From Andalucia godoyi And28 (Eukaryota; Protista; Jakobida), in NCBI GenBank assembly GCA_009859145.1, contig VRVR01000011.1, forward strand, positions 377,047-398,540: a DNA stretch of 21,494 nt. Reading direction: 5' to 3'. The position numbers were made by a program, and so were the translations under genes. This document shows positions 10,723 to 20,174 of the stretch, piece by piece; position 1 is the first letter of the stretch, and the number at the start of each line of letters is the position of its first letter. The notes below the pieces were generated by a model. It ran no database searches, was not told the origin of the DNA, and saw only the letters and a program-made list of their open reading frames with translations.

Positions 10723-10776
10723 GTCCTTGTCCTTGTCCTTGTCCTTGTCCTTGTCCTTGTCCTTGTCCTTGTCCTT
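10723..10776 (+). repeat. (GTCCTT)9 hexamer repeat upstream of the Rab-like gene; explains the spurious VLVLVL N-terminus in the ORF track
   Basis: Nine perfect copies. Confidence 0.93.
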
Positions 10777-10812
10777 ATTGTCATTGTACAGACGGTGGCC
10801 GGGAAGAAAACA

Positions 10813-13071
10813 ATGTCTGGCGTGATTAGGATCTGTATAGTAGGGGACTCGAGGGTTGGAAAGTCCAGTTTGGTCGCTGAGTTTGCGGGTCGCGGATTAG
10901 CGGGGTCGGCCTACAGCGAAACGCGGGGCTTGGTGACAGAACAGTTTTCGCTGGGGTCGGGTATTATGGCCGAGATGGTGGATCATCGGTCAAACATTCC
11001 CGCTGCAGAAAAGCAGTCATTTTACAAGTCTGCGGATTTTGTGCTTCTCTTGTATGACATCACCGTTCATTCGTCGTTCGAGTCTGCGACGTCGAGGCTC
11101 TACAGGGAGGCACATCACTATGCTCCCGATGCAATTGTCATGCTTATCGGATGCAAAATGGATATGAATCTTGAACGTGCCGTCACGATCAAGGAAGCCG
11201 AGACCTTTGCGACGTCCGCAGGCCTGTTCTTCATGGAAGTGTCGTGCAAAGACCACACGAATATCGAACTTACGTTGAAGATTATGCGGATTCGAGCTCA
11301 GCATATCCTCAGAAGAAGATCAATCTCAATCTCCTCTTCTGCGGCTGCACAGTCTCCCTCTGCATCACAGGCGGCTTCTGGAGTCCAAACACCAAGAAAA
11401 ATGGATGTGGCAACATCGACTCCGCCACGAGATTCCGCTTCTCAGAGTTCCATTCCTGCACAAAGACCACCTGCATTCAATAGTGGAGGTGTCGTCAATC
11501 TTAAAACGCTGGGAGCGGGCAGCGGTGAAGACGATATCGCTTCTGCAGATGCTTTTCGAGCGATTTCGTTTGGAGATTCTGGAGACCCACTCAATACCAG
11601 CGTCGGCAGCAGCAGCAACAACAATAACAATAACAATAGCAGTGGTAGCGGCAGCAGCAGTCGGAGCAGTAGTAGTGGTATCAACAACAACAACAACAAC
11701 AACGGCAACAATAACACTGGAGGAAATGCAGAGCATCTTGCGGCGCTGCAAGATCGATACAATAGGCTTCGGGCAGAGCTTCATCAGCTTACGTCGCCGC
11801 CGCCTTCCGGCTCAGGTTCTCAGTCCCAACGCGAATCGTATTATTCTCCGAATATCTCTGCCCTCCCGAGACCTGCTTCGGTGATCTCGTCTTCTGATAA
11901 TGCGTTATCGACGTTTTCGCCGCCCCATGTGAAGGATTTCACGAGAACCGCGGATGGATCGCTGGTGCCGATTGTCGAGACTGCACTGAGCAGAGAAGGG
12001 GTCACACCGAACATGATGCTTACGTCCACCCAGGTCCTTGCAGAGCTACCCGTGCACTCGTCAGTGTACGAACGAAATAGAAATGTGCAGACGTCACCGT
12101 CGCGTATCATGAGAAATCTTGCCCATCCCGTGAAGGAGCCGCAGCTGTTCATCGACATCAACATTGGCGATGGGCGTGTTGGCCAGATTGGAGTCCGCGA
12201 GGGTGACAATGCGTACACGCTTGCAGAGACGTTTGTGCGGGCCTTCCGATTGGAGAAGTCGTTTGTGCGGAAACTGGCTGCGCTGATCCAAACGCGGGTG
12301 CAAGAGTTCAATTTGGAGCAAAAGAGGCAGCTGGGAAGACCGATGTCCGCTCGTGCGGAAACGAAGAAGCAGCCGGTCGATGTGAAGCCGTTCAAGTTTC
12401 ACACCGATGACCGCTTGCAAAATCGCTCCGAGGTGCTTTTGCGGCTGCATGTTGATGTAGGCAAGGGCAAGTTTGGCACGATCGCTGTGCGAAAGGGCGA
12501 CGATCCAACAATGCTTGCCCGGAATTTTTCGCAGGCATTTGCGATTCGTGGTGAGCGGGTGGCCGAGATTGAAAGCAAGATCCGCGAGCATATTTTGAAC
12601 TACTTTATTCGAGAGGCATCGGACCCGAATTCTAATCCAGCTCAGGGTCCGCCGCAGGTGATTGAAGCCACTGTTTCATTGTCGTCTCTCCTTGGCGAAT
12701 CCACGTCTTCAGCGTCGTCTGGTTATCATCATCCGAGCGCCAGCCCAGGCTACAACGTTGGAGCATCCGGATCTGCATCTGGGGCAGGTTTGGGATCTGG
12801 ACAGGCTTCACGAGCCACGAGTCGTCACGTTGGGCCATCCTCGCAGTCCGCGAAACTGAGCAACGTTGCGAGCCATACGCTGTTCTACCTCGATGTGGAT
12901 ATCGGCGACGGGCGCACCGGTCGGTTGAAAGTAACTGACCGTGATGCACCCGCGGATCTTGCGCGCTCCTTTGGCGTCCAACATCATCTCGATGAGCGAG
13001 CCATTCACAAGCTGGATTCGATCCTGACTCGTAATATGCGCGAGTATGTAAAGGCGTCTTCGAAGTCGTAA
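10813..13071 (+). CDS. Large atypical Rab/Ras-like GTPase, 752 aa: N-terminal small-GTPase domain, low-complexity linker with short coiled coil, and three ~55-aa repeats; no C-terminal prenylation Cys
   Basis: P-loop GDSRVGKS (10843-10866), ADFVLLLYDIT, G4-like GCKMD, G5-like FMEVSCK. Internal repeats at about 12142-12309, 12433-12603 and 12877-13047. First ATG is at 10813; an upstream exon is not excluded. Confidence 0.85.
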   Translation: MSGVIRICIVGDSRVGKSSLVAEFAGRGLAGSAYSETRGLVTEQFSLGSGIMAEMVDHRSNIPAAEKQSFYKSADFVLLLYDITVHSSFESATSRLYREAHHYAPDAIVMLIGCKMDMNLERAVTIKEAETFATSAGLFFMEVSCKDHTNIELTLKIMRIRAQHILRRRSISISSSAAAQSPSASQAASGVQTPRKMDVATSTPPRDSASQSSIPAQRPPAFNSGGVVNLKTLGAGSGEDDIASADAFRAISFGDSGDPLNTSVGSSSNNNNNNNSSGSGSSSRSSSSGINNNNNNNGNNNTGGNAEHLAALQDRYNRLRAELHQLTSPPPSGSGSQSQRESYYSPNISALPRPASVISSSDNALSTFSPPHVKDFTRTADGSLVPIVETALSREGVTPNMMLTSTQVLAELPVHSSVYERNRNVQTSPSRIMRNLAHPVKEPQLFIDINIGDGRVGQIGVREGDNAYTLAETFVRAFRLEKSFVRKLAALIQTRVQEFNLEQKRQLGRPMSARAETKKQPVDVKPFKFHTDDRLQNRSEVLLRLHVDVGKGKFGTIAVRKGDDPTMLARNFSQAFAIRGERVAEIESKIREHILNYFIREASDPNSNPAQGPPQVIEATVSLSSLLGESTSSASSGYHHPSASPGYNVGASGSASGAGLGSGQASRATSRHVGPSSQSAKLSNVASHTLFYLDVDIGDGRTGRLKVTDRDAPADLARSFGVQHHLDERAIHKLDSILTRNMREYVKASSKS

Positions 13072-13194
13072 TGTAAACAAGAAATCTCAAGAAACGGCAT
13101 TTTATGATATAATCAAGCCAAGGCAATGGACACCAGCGAAAAATGAGAAATGACACACACACACACACACACGCAGCAGACAGCAGCAGCAGGA

Positions 13195-14058
13195 TCATGG
13201 AAGAGCCAACCAATTGCGAATAATCGGGAACCAGTCGTCTGGGATCGGAGCGTCCCAGATATCAATCTCGCGCACGCCGGCCTGTTGAATTGCGTCAAAC
13301 CGGAATTGCATGTCCTCCACGGTAAACGGCTTGTTTGTGTTGGGGTTGACGGTGATGAGTCCCATTCCGAGCCTGTCGACTCCGAATGCCTCTACTGCTG
13401 CGTTGAAGTACTGCAGCCACAAATCGTTGCTTCCAATGTAGCCATCCATGGAGAACACCTTGTCAAGACGCGACGTGTTCAGCACGTTGTATGCCAACAT
13501 GGGAGCCCAGTGCGCAATGTCCACAGTGACCAGCTTACCGACCTTGTGCATTGCATCCGAAAACGTGTTGAGAAAATCGGCGTACAGATACGCATCGGAA
13601 ACCAGAGAGCCATCCGGCTCAATGTCCAGGTTGATTCCCGCATACCCATTCTCCAAGCACTCGCGGACAGCAGCCTCAATGAACGGAGTCGGGTTTGCAA
13701 ACAGCTTGCGCGCCCACTCGACCGTGTCGTTGCGACGGTGCGGCGGTGCATCCATGTACGTCGACACCATTGGGAACGTCTGGATTCCCCATTTTTCCAG
13801 CGTAGGGTTCACCACAGTCAGGTTATTTTTAACAAGGGTGCCGTCCTCTCCGAGATTGTAGCACTCAAATGCAGCGTGGTTCACAACGTCCAGATTCGCT
13901 GCAATCTGCGCCAAATCCGAGGATATGTCTTCTCCAGTCCGTTCGAGCCCCATCCAAGGCATCACAATCTTCTTGCTTGCTGCATTGCACAACACCACTC
14001 CACATGATGCCACCACCAGCACACTCAGCACAAACGACGCTCTCGCAAGCCCCGCCAT
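13195..14058 (-). CDS. Secreted glycoside hydrolase family 18 (chitinase/chitobiase-like) protein, 287 aa, with signal peptide
   Basis: Hydrophobic leader MAGLARASFVLSVLVVASCGVVLCNA from ATG 14058. Catalytic-strand motif GYAGINLDIEP (NxDxE at 13632-13618). C-terminal ...REIDIW resembles the last GH18 barrel strand. Confidence 0.72.
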   Translation of the reverse strand: MAGLARASFVLSVLVVASCGVVLCNAASKKIVMPWMGLERTGEDISSDLAQIAANLDVVNHAAFECYNLGEDGTLVKNNLTVVNPTLEKWGIQTFPMVSTYMDAPPHRRNDTVEWARKLFANPTPFIEAAVRECLENGYAGINLDIEPDGSLVSDAYLYADFLNTFSDAMHKVGKLVTVDIAHWAPMLAYNVLNTSRLDKVFSMDGYIGSNDLWLQYFNAAVEAFGVDRLGMGLITVNPNTNKPFTVEDMQFRFDAIQQAGVREIDIWDAPIPDDWFPIIRNWLALP

Positions 14059-14451
14059 CTGAAAACGCTCCTGCTCGGTATCGCTTGCGTTTCCTTGTTC
14101 ACGCGCGCGAACAATGGAATCGGGAGATTGGTCTTTCCATTCTTCGGGTCTTTTCTTTTTTTGGGATGTCGGAAAACCGTCATTGCACGTTAGCAATTGC
14201 ACCGTCATCTTTTTTTTTCACCCTTGGCTTTTTGCTCACTTGACTTGAATCGAATTTTCAAATCCTCTATTTGTTTCTCCTTTGGTCCTTTCTTCTTCTG
14301 AGCTTTTATTTTCTTCGTAATTTTTTCCCAACTTTTTTTTTTGAAAAAATATTATTATTATTATTAAATCATCAGTTTGAATATTGATACAATTAATCCA
14401 TCCGCTTTCTCGTATTCATTCTTTTAAACTGATTCCTATAACGGAAAGAAA

Positions 14452-15370
14452 AGTATGTATTTTGTCTCCTTGCTGCTAAGCCGTGTTCTGTATCCCGACG
14501 ACGACTAACGAGTTTTTTTTTTTTTGTTGTTGTTGTTGCTGTTGTTTTTGCTTCCTCATTTGGTTTAATGGTGCAGTGTTCCGAAACTCGTATGACACGG
14601 ATGTGACCTTGTGGTCTCCCCAAGGCCGTCTTTTTCAGATCGAGTATGCGATGGAGGCGGTGAAGCAAGGCAGTGCCGCAGTTGGTCTCAAGTCTTCTTC
14701 GTATGTTGTTCTGGCGTCGTTGAAGCGAGCGCCGCATGCGGAACTGTCTTCGTATCAAAAGAAGATTTTTACCGTGGACACGCACATGGGAATTGCAATT
14801 GCAGGTCTTACCTCGGATGCTCGAGTGCTGTCTCGGTTTATGCGGACTGAGTGTCTCAATCACAAATACGTGTTTGATGCACCGATGCCGGTGGGCCGTC
14901 TTGTGCTTAAGGTTGCCGACAAGTCGCAGACATGCACACAAGAGTCCTCAAAGCGCCCGTTTGGCGTTGGCTTGCTTGTGGCCGGATTTGATGAGACAGG
15001 AACTCATTTGTACCAGACGTGCCCCTCTGGAAACTACTGGGATTACAAGGCAGTGGCCATTGGCGCAAGATCGCAGTCTGCAAAGACGTACTTGGAAAAG
15101 AACTTTGATTCGTTTGCCTCTCTCGGAAAAGAGGAACTCGTTCGACATGCTCTTCTTGCATTAAGAGAAACTACGGGAGACAATGTGGAGCTCACCACGA
15201 AGAATACGGCAGTGTCGATTGTCGGTGTTGATACTGCGTTCACGGTGTTTGAAGACGAAGGCGTGGAGCCTTTTATCCAGCTCATTTCTGCCGAACAGGC
15301 ACAAGCACAGGCACAGGCACAGGCGCAGCAAGCTTCTGCACCACAACCATCGCCCATGGACACTGAGTGA
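14452..15370 (+). CDS. PSMA1: 20S proteasome subunit alpha-6 (alpha type-1), 264 aa; start codon assembled from A14452 and TG 14577-14578
   Basis: FRNSYDTDVTLWSPQGRLFQIEYAMEAVKQG, RPFGVGLLVAGFD and AIGARSQSAKTYLE are diagnostic for alpha-6. No in-frame ATG exists without splicing. Confidence 0.96.
14453..14576 (+). other. Spliceosomal intron, 124 nt, GTATGT...TGCAG, splitting the start codon; branch-point-like GACTAAC at 14503-14509
   Basis: Removal yields A|TG TTC CGA AAC = MFRN, the canonical alpha-6 N-terminus. Confidence 0.88.
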
Positions 15371-15735
15371 TGAAAAATAAAAACACGATTGGCTACTGAT
15401 TATATTTCCCCCCTTCCTCTTCCTCTTTCCGTTTCTGTTGTGTTTCAGCTTCCCCTCCCGTAGTTCAGATCTTTGATGGTCAATCGATTGGAAAATCCGG
15501 ACATTGAGGCTCGGGCATGTTTAGTCGTGGCTCTACAGCTTTGTTTTTCCATTGGCTCGAGGACTGTTTCCCCCCCTTTCTGTCTTGTTGTTTTTGTTGT
15601 TATTGTTGTTGTTCTTCTTTTTTCTTGTTGCTGTTGTTGCTAGACTCGTCAGGTTTCGAGATTTGCTGTTGTCCATTTCAATAGTAGAACACAGGAAAAT
15701 ACAGAATCAGAGGGGCGCGTCAGAACTGAAATGAA

Positions 15736-18676
15736 ATGGAGGAATTTGCAAGGATAGAAACACAAGAGACAATTACTGCTATTGCAATCGCAAGTATGTG
15801 TTATGTCGTTATCTCGCTGGCTTTTTTAAAATATTCACTCCGACTGTGATTTGGTTGTTTGTGATGGCTTGACCAGATTCACTTATTACTATTACTATTC
15901 GTATCACTATGTCTGTTATTTGTTTTTGTTTTTGTTTTTGTTTTTGTTTTTGTTTTGGTTCGTTGTCGTTGTCGTTGTCATTGTCGTTGCCGTTTGTTTG
16001 TGTGCTCAACAATGGGAAATAGAAGAGACATTGGTGGTTGGAACGTCGGAAGGAAATGTGACGTTGCATCGGATGACGGTGAGCACGTCTCCGGACGGAG
16101 GAGTGACAGAGGAGTTTTTTGAGGACTGGACAAAGCAGATTGCTTCGAAGAAACATATCGACGAAATCCGCATTGCCGAAGACGATGGAAACGTGTATGT
16201 TCTGTGCGATTCTTCTCTTTCGGCTCTCGAGATTTACTCGGGGGAGCCGGTCTGGAAGTCCAAAGATGCAAAGCACGCCGCATGCTTCGATGTTTGCGAA
16301 TCGTTCATTGCGTTCAGCTCGAAAAAGAGGATTTTGCTGCAGGATGCGTATGAAAACTACGGCACAAGAGCAGAAGTGTTTTCCCCAGAAGCGTGCTCGT
16401 GCCTTGCTCTGTTTTCGACCGATGTAGCCGTGGTTGGGTTCAAGAAGGAGTATGCACTCGTGACCTTTTCGACGCAGCAGCTGCAGTCACTGGCGCCGAT
16501 TCCAGAGTCCGTGTCGGGCCCGCTTTGCGTGGTGATTCCCGAAACCGGAGAGGCTCTTCTACGATTGGAAGATTTAGGACAGATTGTTTGTGTGGAGGAG
16601 GGTTCCAAGAAACTGATGGTGACCAGATCTGCGTTTCGATGGACAGAGGTTCCCCGAGGCGTTGCGGTATCGTATCCATTTATCATGGCCCTCGAGTCTC
16701 GGTGCATCGAGATACATTCCATGTTTGACAGCAATCTCAATTTGATCGATACGGTCCCTTTCAAAGACGGTGTTGCAATCGCAGCGTCTCTGAACGGCGA
16801 GCACGTGGCGGTGGCATCTACTCGGAAGGTGGTTATTTACAAGCCGACTGCACCCGAAAAAATCATCAAGAAGCTCATTCAAGAACGCAGAATCGATGAG
16901 GCTTTCGAAGTGTTTGAAAAGACACAAAAGGACATGGATCCGGAGGAGAAGAAAAAGGTGCTATCGGACATGTCGCGAGATGGAGGCATCCAGTACCTTG
17001 TTGCTGCGAATTTCTCAAAGGCGTTTGAAACGTTCAAAAAGTCCTTGATGGACCCGCGGGATGCAATCGCGTTTTTCAAAGATCTTGTGTATTCGTCCAG
17101 AATCCCCTTCGTCCCGTACAAACCTCTTGACATTGACAATATCATTCGTGCCATTGCACGAAGTACGGTTACTTCCAGCTCTTCAGCGGTCTCAGGCTCA
17201 GGTTCAGGAATATCTTCTTCCGCGTCCTCAAATTCCTTATCTGCATCGTCAGCGGGGTCCTCATCTGCTTCCGGCCCTACCGGAAGTGCGTCAAACGCAA
17301 ACTCGAGTCCATCGGTGCAAGCCCAAATTTCGCAACTGCGAGAAGCGGCACGAGTTGAGTTGCGCAAATATCTGTTTCATTGTCGGAGTCGCCAGGGAGT
17401 CAACTGGCCACCAGAATCGTACGAAGCTGTTGATTTTGCGCTTGTCAAGGTGTTGCTGGAGTCGGCCGCCGCGAACGCAAATGACATGCTCTTGTCACTT
17501 CTTCGTGATAAGAACTCCTGCCCTCAAGAGTGCGAAAACTTGCTGCGGAATGCAAACAAGATGCTCGCTCTCGGCTTCTTGCAAAAATCCCGCGGTCGTC
17601 TGCGCGATGCTCTCCAGATATGGAAGGACATGAGTGATGTTGATGCGGCCCAGGCGGCGATCGATTCCCTCGTGACGGAGAACCAGCTGCCGTTCATCTG
17701 GACCCATGGAAAGTGGGTGTTTGACAAGTTTCCGCTGCGTGCTGTCAAGATTTTTGCACTGAATCCAGCACACGCAAAGAATGCAGGCGAAATTCTTGAC
17801 CGACTGCGTGTCTATGGGTCCGAGGTGGTGATTGCTTTCCTCGAGTCGCTTGTGAAGGACGAGGCACGTCAAGATGCCTTTATTTTCCACACCGAGCTGG
17901 CGGTGCGGTACATTGAGATTGCGCAGAATTTGAAGGTGCAACTGGGACCGGCACTGCAAGACCGAGATAGCAAGTCTCGTATCGAGGCGGGCTCCGAACC
18001 CGGCATGCTCGGGGAGACGCGAACAAAATTGCTGTTTCATTTGCAGAATTCGAAGATGTACGATGCGGGCTCCGTTCTAAGCGCTCTGAAAGGGACTGAT
18101 CTTTGGGAAGAGCTGGTTGTCGTGTATACAAAGGCACAGATGTGGACTGAAGCGTTGCGCGGGATGGTCTACCATTTGGAGAACTTTGAAGGCGCCGAGA
18201 AGTTCTGTGTCGATCGAAAGATCCCGCTGACTGCGTTGCTCGAAGTTGTGGTGCATGAGGAAGCCCGTGTATTTTCATTGCTGGATCGCCATGCCACACG
18301 CATGGATCCCTGCACTGTGCTTAGGATTCTCCCGGACACTCTTCCGATCAACAAGATGAAGGACTATCTGTCGCGAGTCGTTGCCCACGCCAACGCTGTG
18401 AAGAACGACCGCGTTGTCGTGAAGAACCTCGCGAAAGGATCGAGAATGGAAATTGAGTACACGCGAATGTGTGCTGTGAGTCGGCGTGCAGTCATTGGTG
18501 AAAACAAAATGTGTGGCGTGTGCAAGAAACGCATCAATGAGAACCACTTTGTCGCCGTCTACCCTAACCTACGTGTCGTCCACTATTCATGCCACAAGAA
18601 TGTCCACATTGACCCGGTGGACGGCAGAGATTTCCGCACTGACTCCGTTCGATTCCAAGATTTGGATTTACCTTGA
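15736..18676 (+). CDS. Vps39/TGFBRAP1(Vps3)-family HOPS/CORVET subunit, about 903 aa; exons 15736-15793 and 16023-18676
   Basis: CNH-like N-terminus (spliced ITAIAIAK-ETLVVGTSEG), central helical/CHCR-like region (FHTELAVRYI, LWEELVVVY) and C-terminal Zn-finger-like CGVCKKRI...YPNLRVVHYSC. Which paralog it is cannot be resolved by eye. Confidence 0.85.
15794..16022 (+). other. Spliceosomal intron, 229 nt, phase 1, GTATGT...ATAG, filled with microsatellites including (TTTTTG)n
   Basis: The donor matches the other two introns and the phase is compatible with the acceptor at 16021-16022. It replaces the implausible YYYY/FLFL/VVVV N-terminus of the ORF-track protein. Confidence 0.8.
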
Positions 18677-19045
18677 CCTTCGCCGCGATTCCTCCCTCCC
18701 TCTCTCCTCCTCTTTGTATAAATTAAAGCACAATCAAACATGAAGTGTCCGTGCTTCTGTGTCCGCATGGGGGACTTTGTATTTTCTTCACGTTTTTCAA
18801 GAATGCTGTGCCGCCCCAAGGCGGATCAAGGAAAAGACGAAAGAAAACGAAAAGAAAAGAAACAATAAGGGAGGGTGACCGTCTGCTCACGCGATGCCCA
18901 GCTGACAGGCATCATCCGAGCAGGAAGGGGGAGGGCACCTGGGAAAGAGTCGACAGCCGACCAAAATGTCAAAAAGAAATAATCGAACGTGCACGAAGGC
19001 GTGGGCCCTTGTAGTTCTTTTTAATGCTATTGCAAAAGCAGCACG

Positions 19046-19588
19046 ATGTCCCGTCTGTACCTGTCTGGATTGGGAGGCTCTCCACGATCAACTGACCGAG
19101 CTTCGTCCTCGTCCGTGATTTTAGCACAGCAACCATCCAGTGCCGCATCTCCCTCTTCAGCTTCGAGTTTCCATCGGCAAGGATCATCGTCTGCTCTCGA
19201 CTTTGGTACGGGGCTTCGTCCGTCCTCTCCTTCTGTCTCGAGCACGTCTTCCATGCAGAACAGCATGTCCGGCGGACGCAACTCTGGAACCCCGTCCACG
19301 AGTCTGGAGCTGATGGGTGCGTTGGCGATTCTCAGCAGCGACATCAAACGCAGGCTCGTGGATCTCGAGGAAGAGAACTCACGCATCCGGACGCAGCTGG
19401 AGGAGTCTGAGCGCAAGTACGAGTCGGAGTTCCGTTTACGTCAGAACCTTGAAAGGGTTGTTCAGGACCAGTCTCTCCAGATCCAGCTTCTTGAGCGCCG
19501 AGTTCGCGAAGAGGTCCAAGCACGCGCAGAGCTCGAGACTCTGCAGTCGCGCGCAAATGCTCTTCTTTCCCACTCCTCGCGCTCTTGA
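19046..19588 (+). CDS. Hypothetical protein, 180 aa: Ser-rich disordered N-half and predicted coiled-coil C-half
   Basis: ATG-initiated ORF filling a GC-rich segment bounded by AT-rich flanks, with heptad-like E/R/L/Q composition (LVDLEEENSRIRTQLEESERKY...). No family recognised. Confidence 0.7.
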   Translation: MSRLYLSGLGGSPRSTDRASSSSVILAQQPSSAASPSSASSFHRQGSSSALDFGTGLRPSSPSVSSTSSMQNSMSGGRNSGTPSTSLELMGALAILSSDIKRRLVDLEEENSRIRTQLEESERKYESEFRLRQNLERVVQDQSLQIQLLERRVREEVQARAELETLQSRANALLSHSSRS

Positions 19589-19784
19589 GCGACCCTCCAA
19601 CTCTGCGGTTGTTATTATTATTTAAACTTGCAAGAACCTCAGTGTCAATATATATTAATTTAAAAAATCGTTTTCCTTCAACGTTTACTATCTACAATAA
19701 AATGGCCATCATCTCTCCCTTTCCCTTCTGTTTTTTCTTACCTTTTGTTGCACTTCCCCAACCTTTTTCTTGGTCCGATCCCGT

Positions 19785-20174
19785 CTAATTGTTAACGGAC
19801 CACTTGTGTGCGCATTTGAGGCAAGTATAAAACACGGTCTGTCCTTCATCTGCAGATCGAAGCTGCATCGTGAAGAACGAAGCTTGGCCAAACGAGCATT
19901 TCGGGCATGTTTCATTCACGACAGCATTGTCCGATTCGTTCTTTTTCCCAGAGCCTCCAGCGGCCAGGTTCGCTCTGCGCTCTCGATCTCTGCGCACCAG
20001 ATCCAATTCGCGTTTCGGCGCAAAGGAAAGAACAGACGATCGAGTCGATGCTTCCGACAGCGGAATTGCATGGTCGCAAACACTGCACAGTACCTTGTCA
20101 TGTGCACCATTTGAAAATTGCAAAAGCGCATTGCATCTTGGACAAAATGGGGCAGGCCGCTCTACACTCGTCAT
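19785..20174 (-). CDS. RPA12: DNA-directed RNA polymerase I subunit RPA12, 129 aa
   Basis: Two zinc ribbons (FCPRC...CSVC; TCPKC...CLKC) and the TFIIS-like motif QLRSADEGQTVFYTC. The EG variant is typical of RPA12 rather than RPC11 (ADEP). Confidence 0.93.
   Translation of the reverse strand: MTSVERPAPFCPRCNALLQFSNGAHDKVLCSVCDHAIPLSEASTRSSVLSFAPKRELDLVRRDRERRANLAAGGSGKKNESDNAVVNETCPKCSFGQASFFTMQLRSADEGQTVFYTCLKCAHKWSVNN

Noticed and set aside
13150-14007. 285-aa plus-strand ORF antisense to the GH18 gene
   Set aside because: It begins in a (CA)n repeat, has no recognisable motifs, and fully overlaps a better-supported gene.
15851-16022. Hydrophobic N-terminus of the 941-aa ORF suggesting a membrane anchor
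   Set aside because: It is a translation of intronic microsatellites.
19689-19696. Minus-strand TGTAGATA (PRE-like) in the RPA12 3' region, and near-matches TGTAAACA after the Rab-like and ARF stops
   Set aside because: These are isolated or imperfect hits at a frequency expected by chance in AT-rich UTRs.
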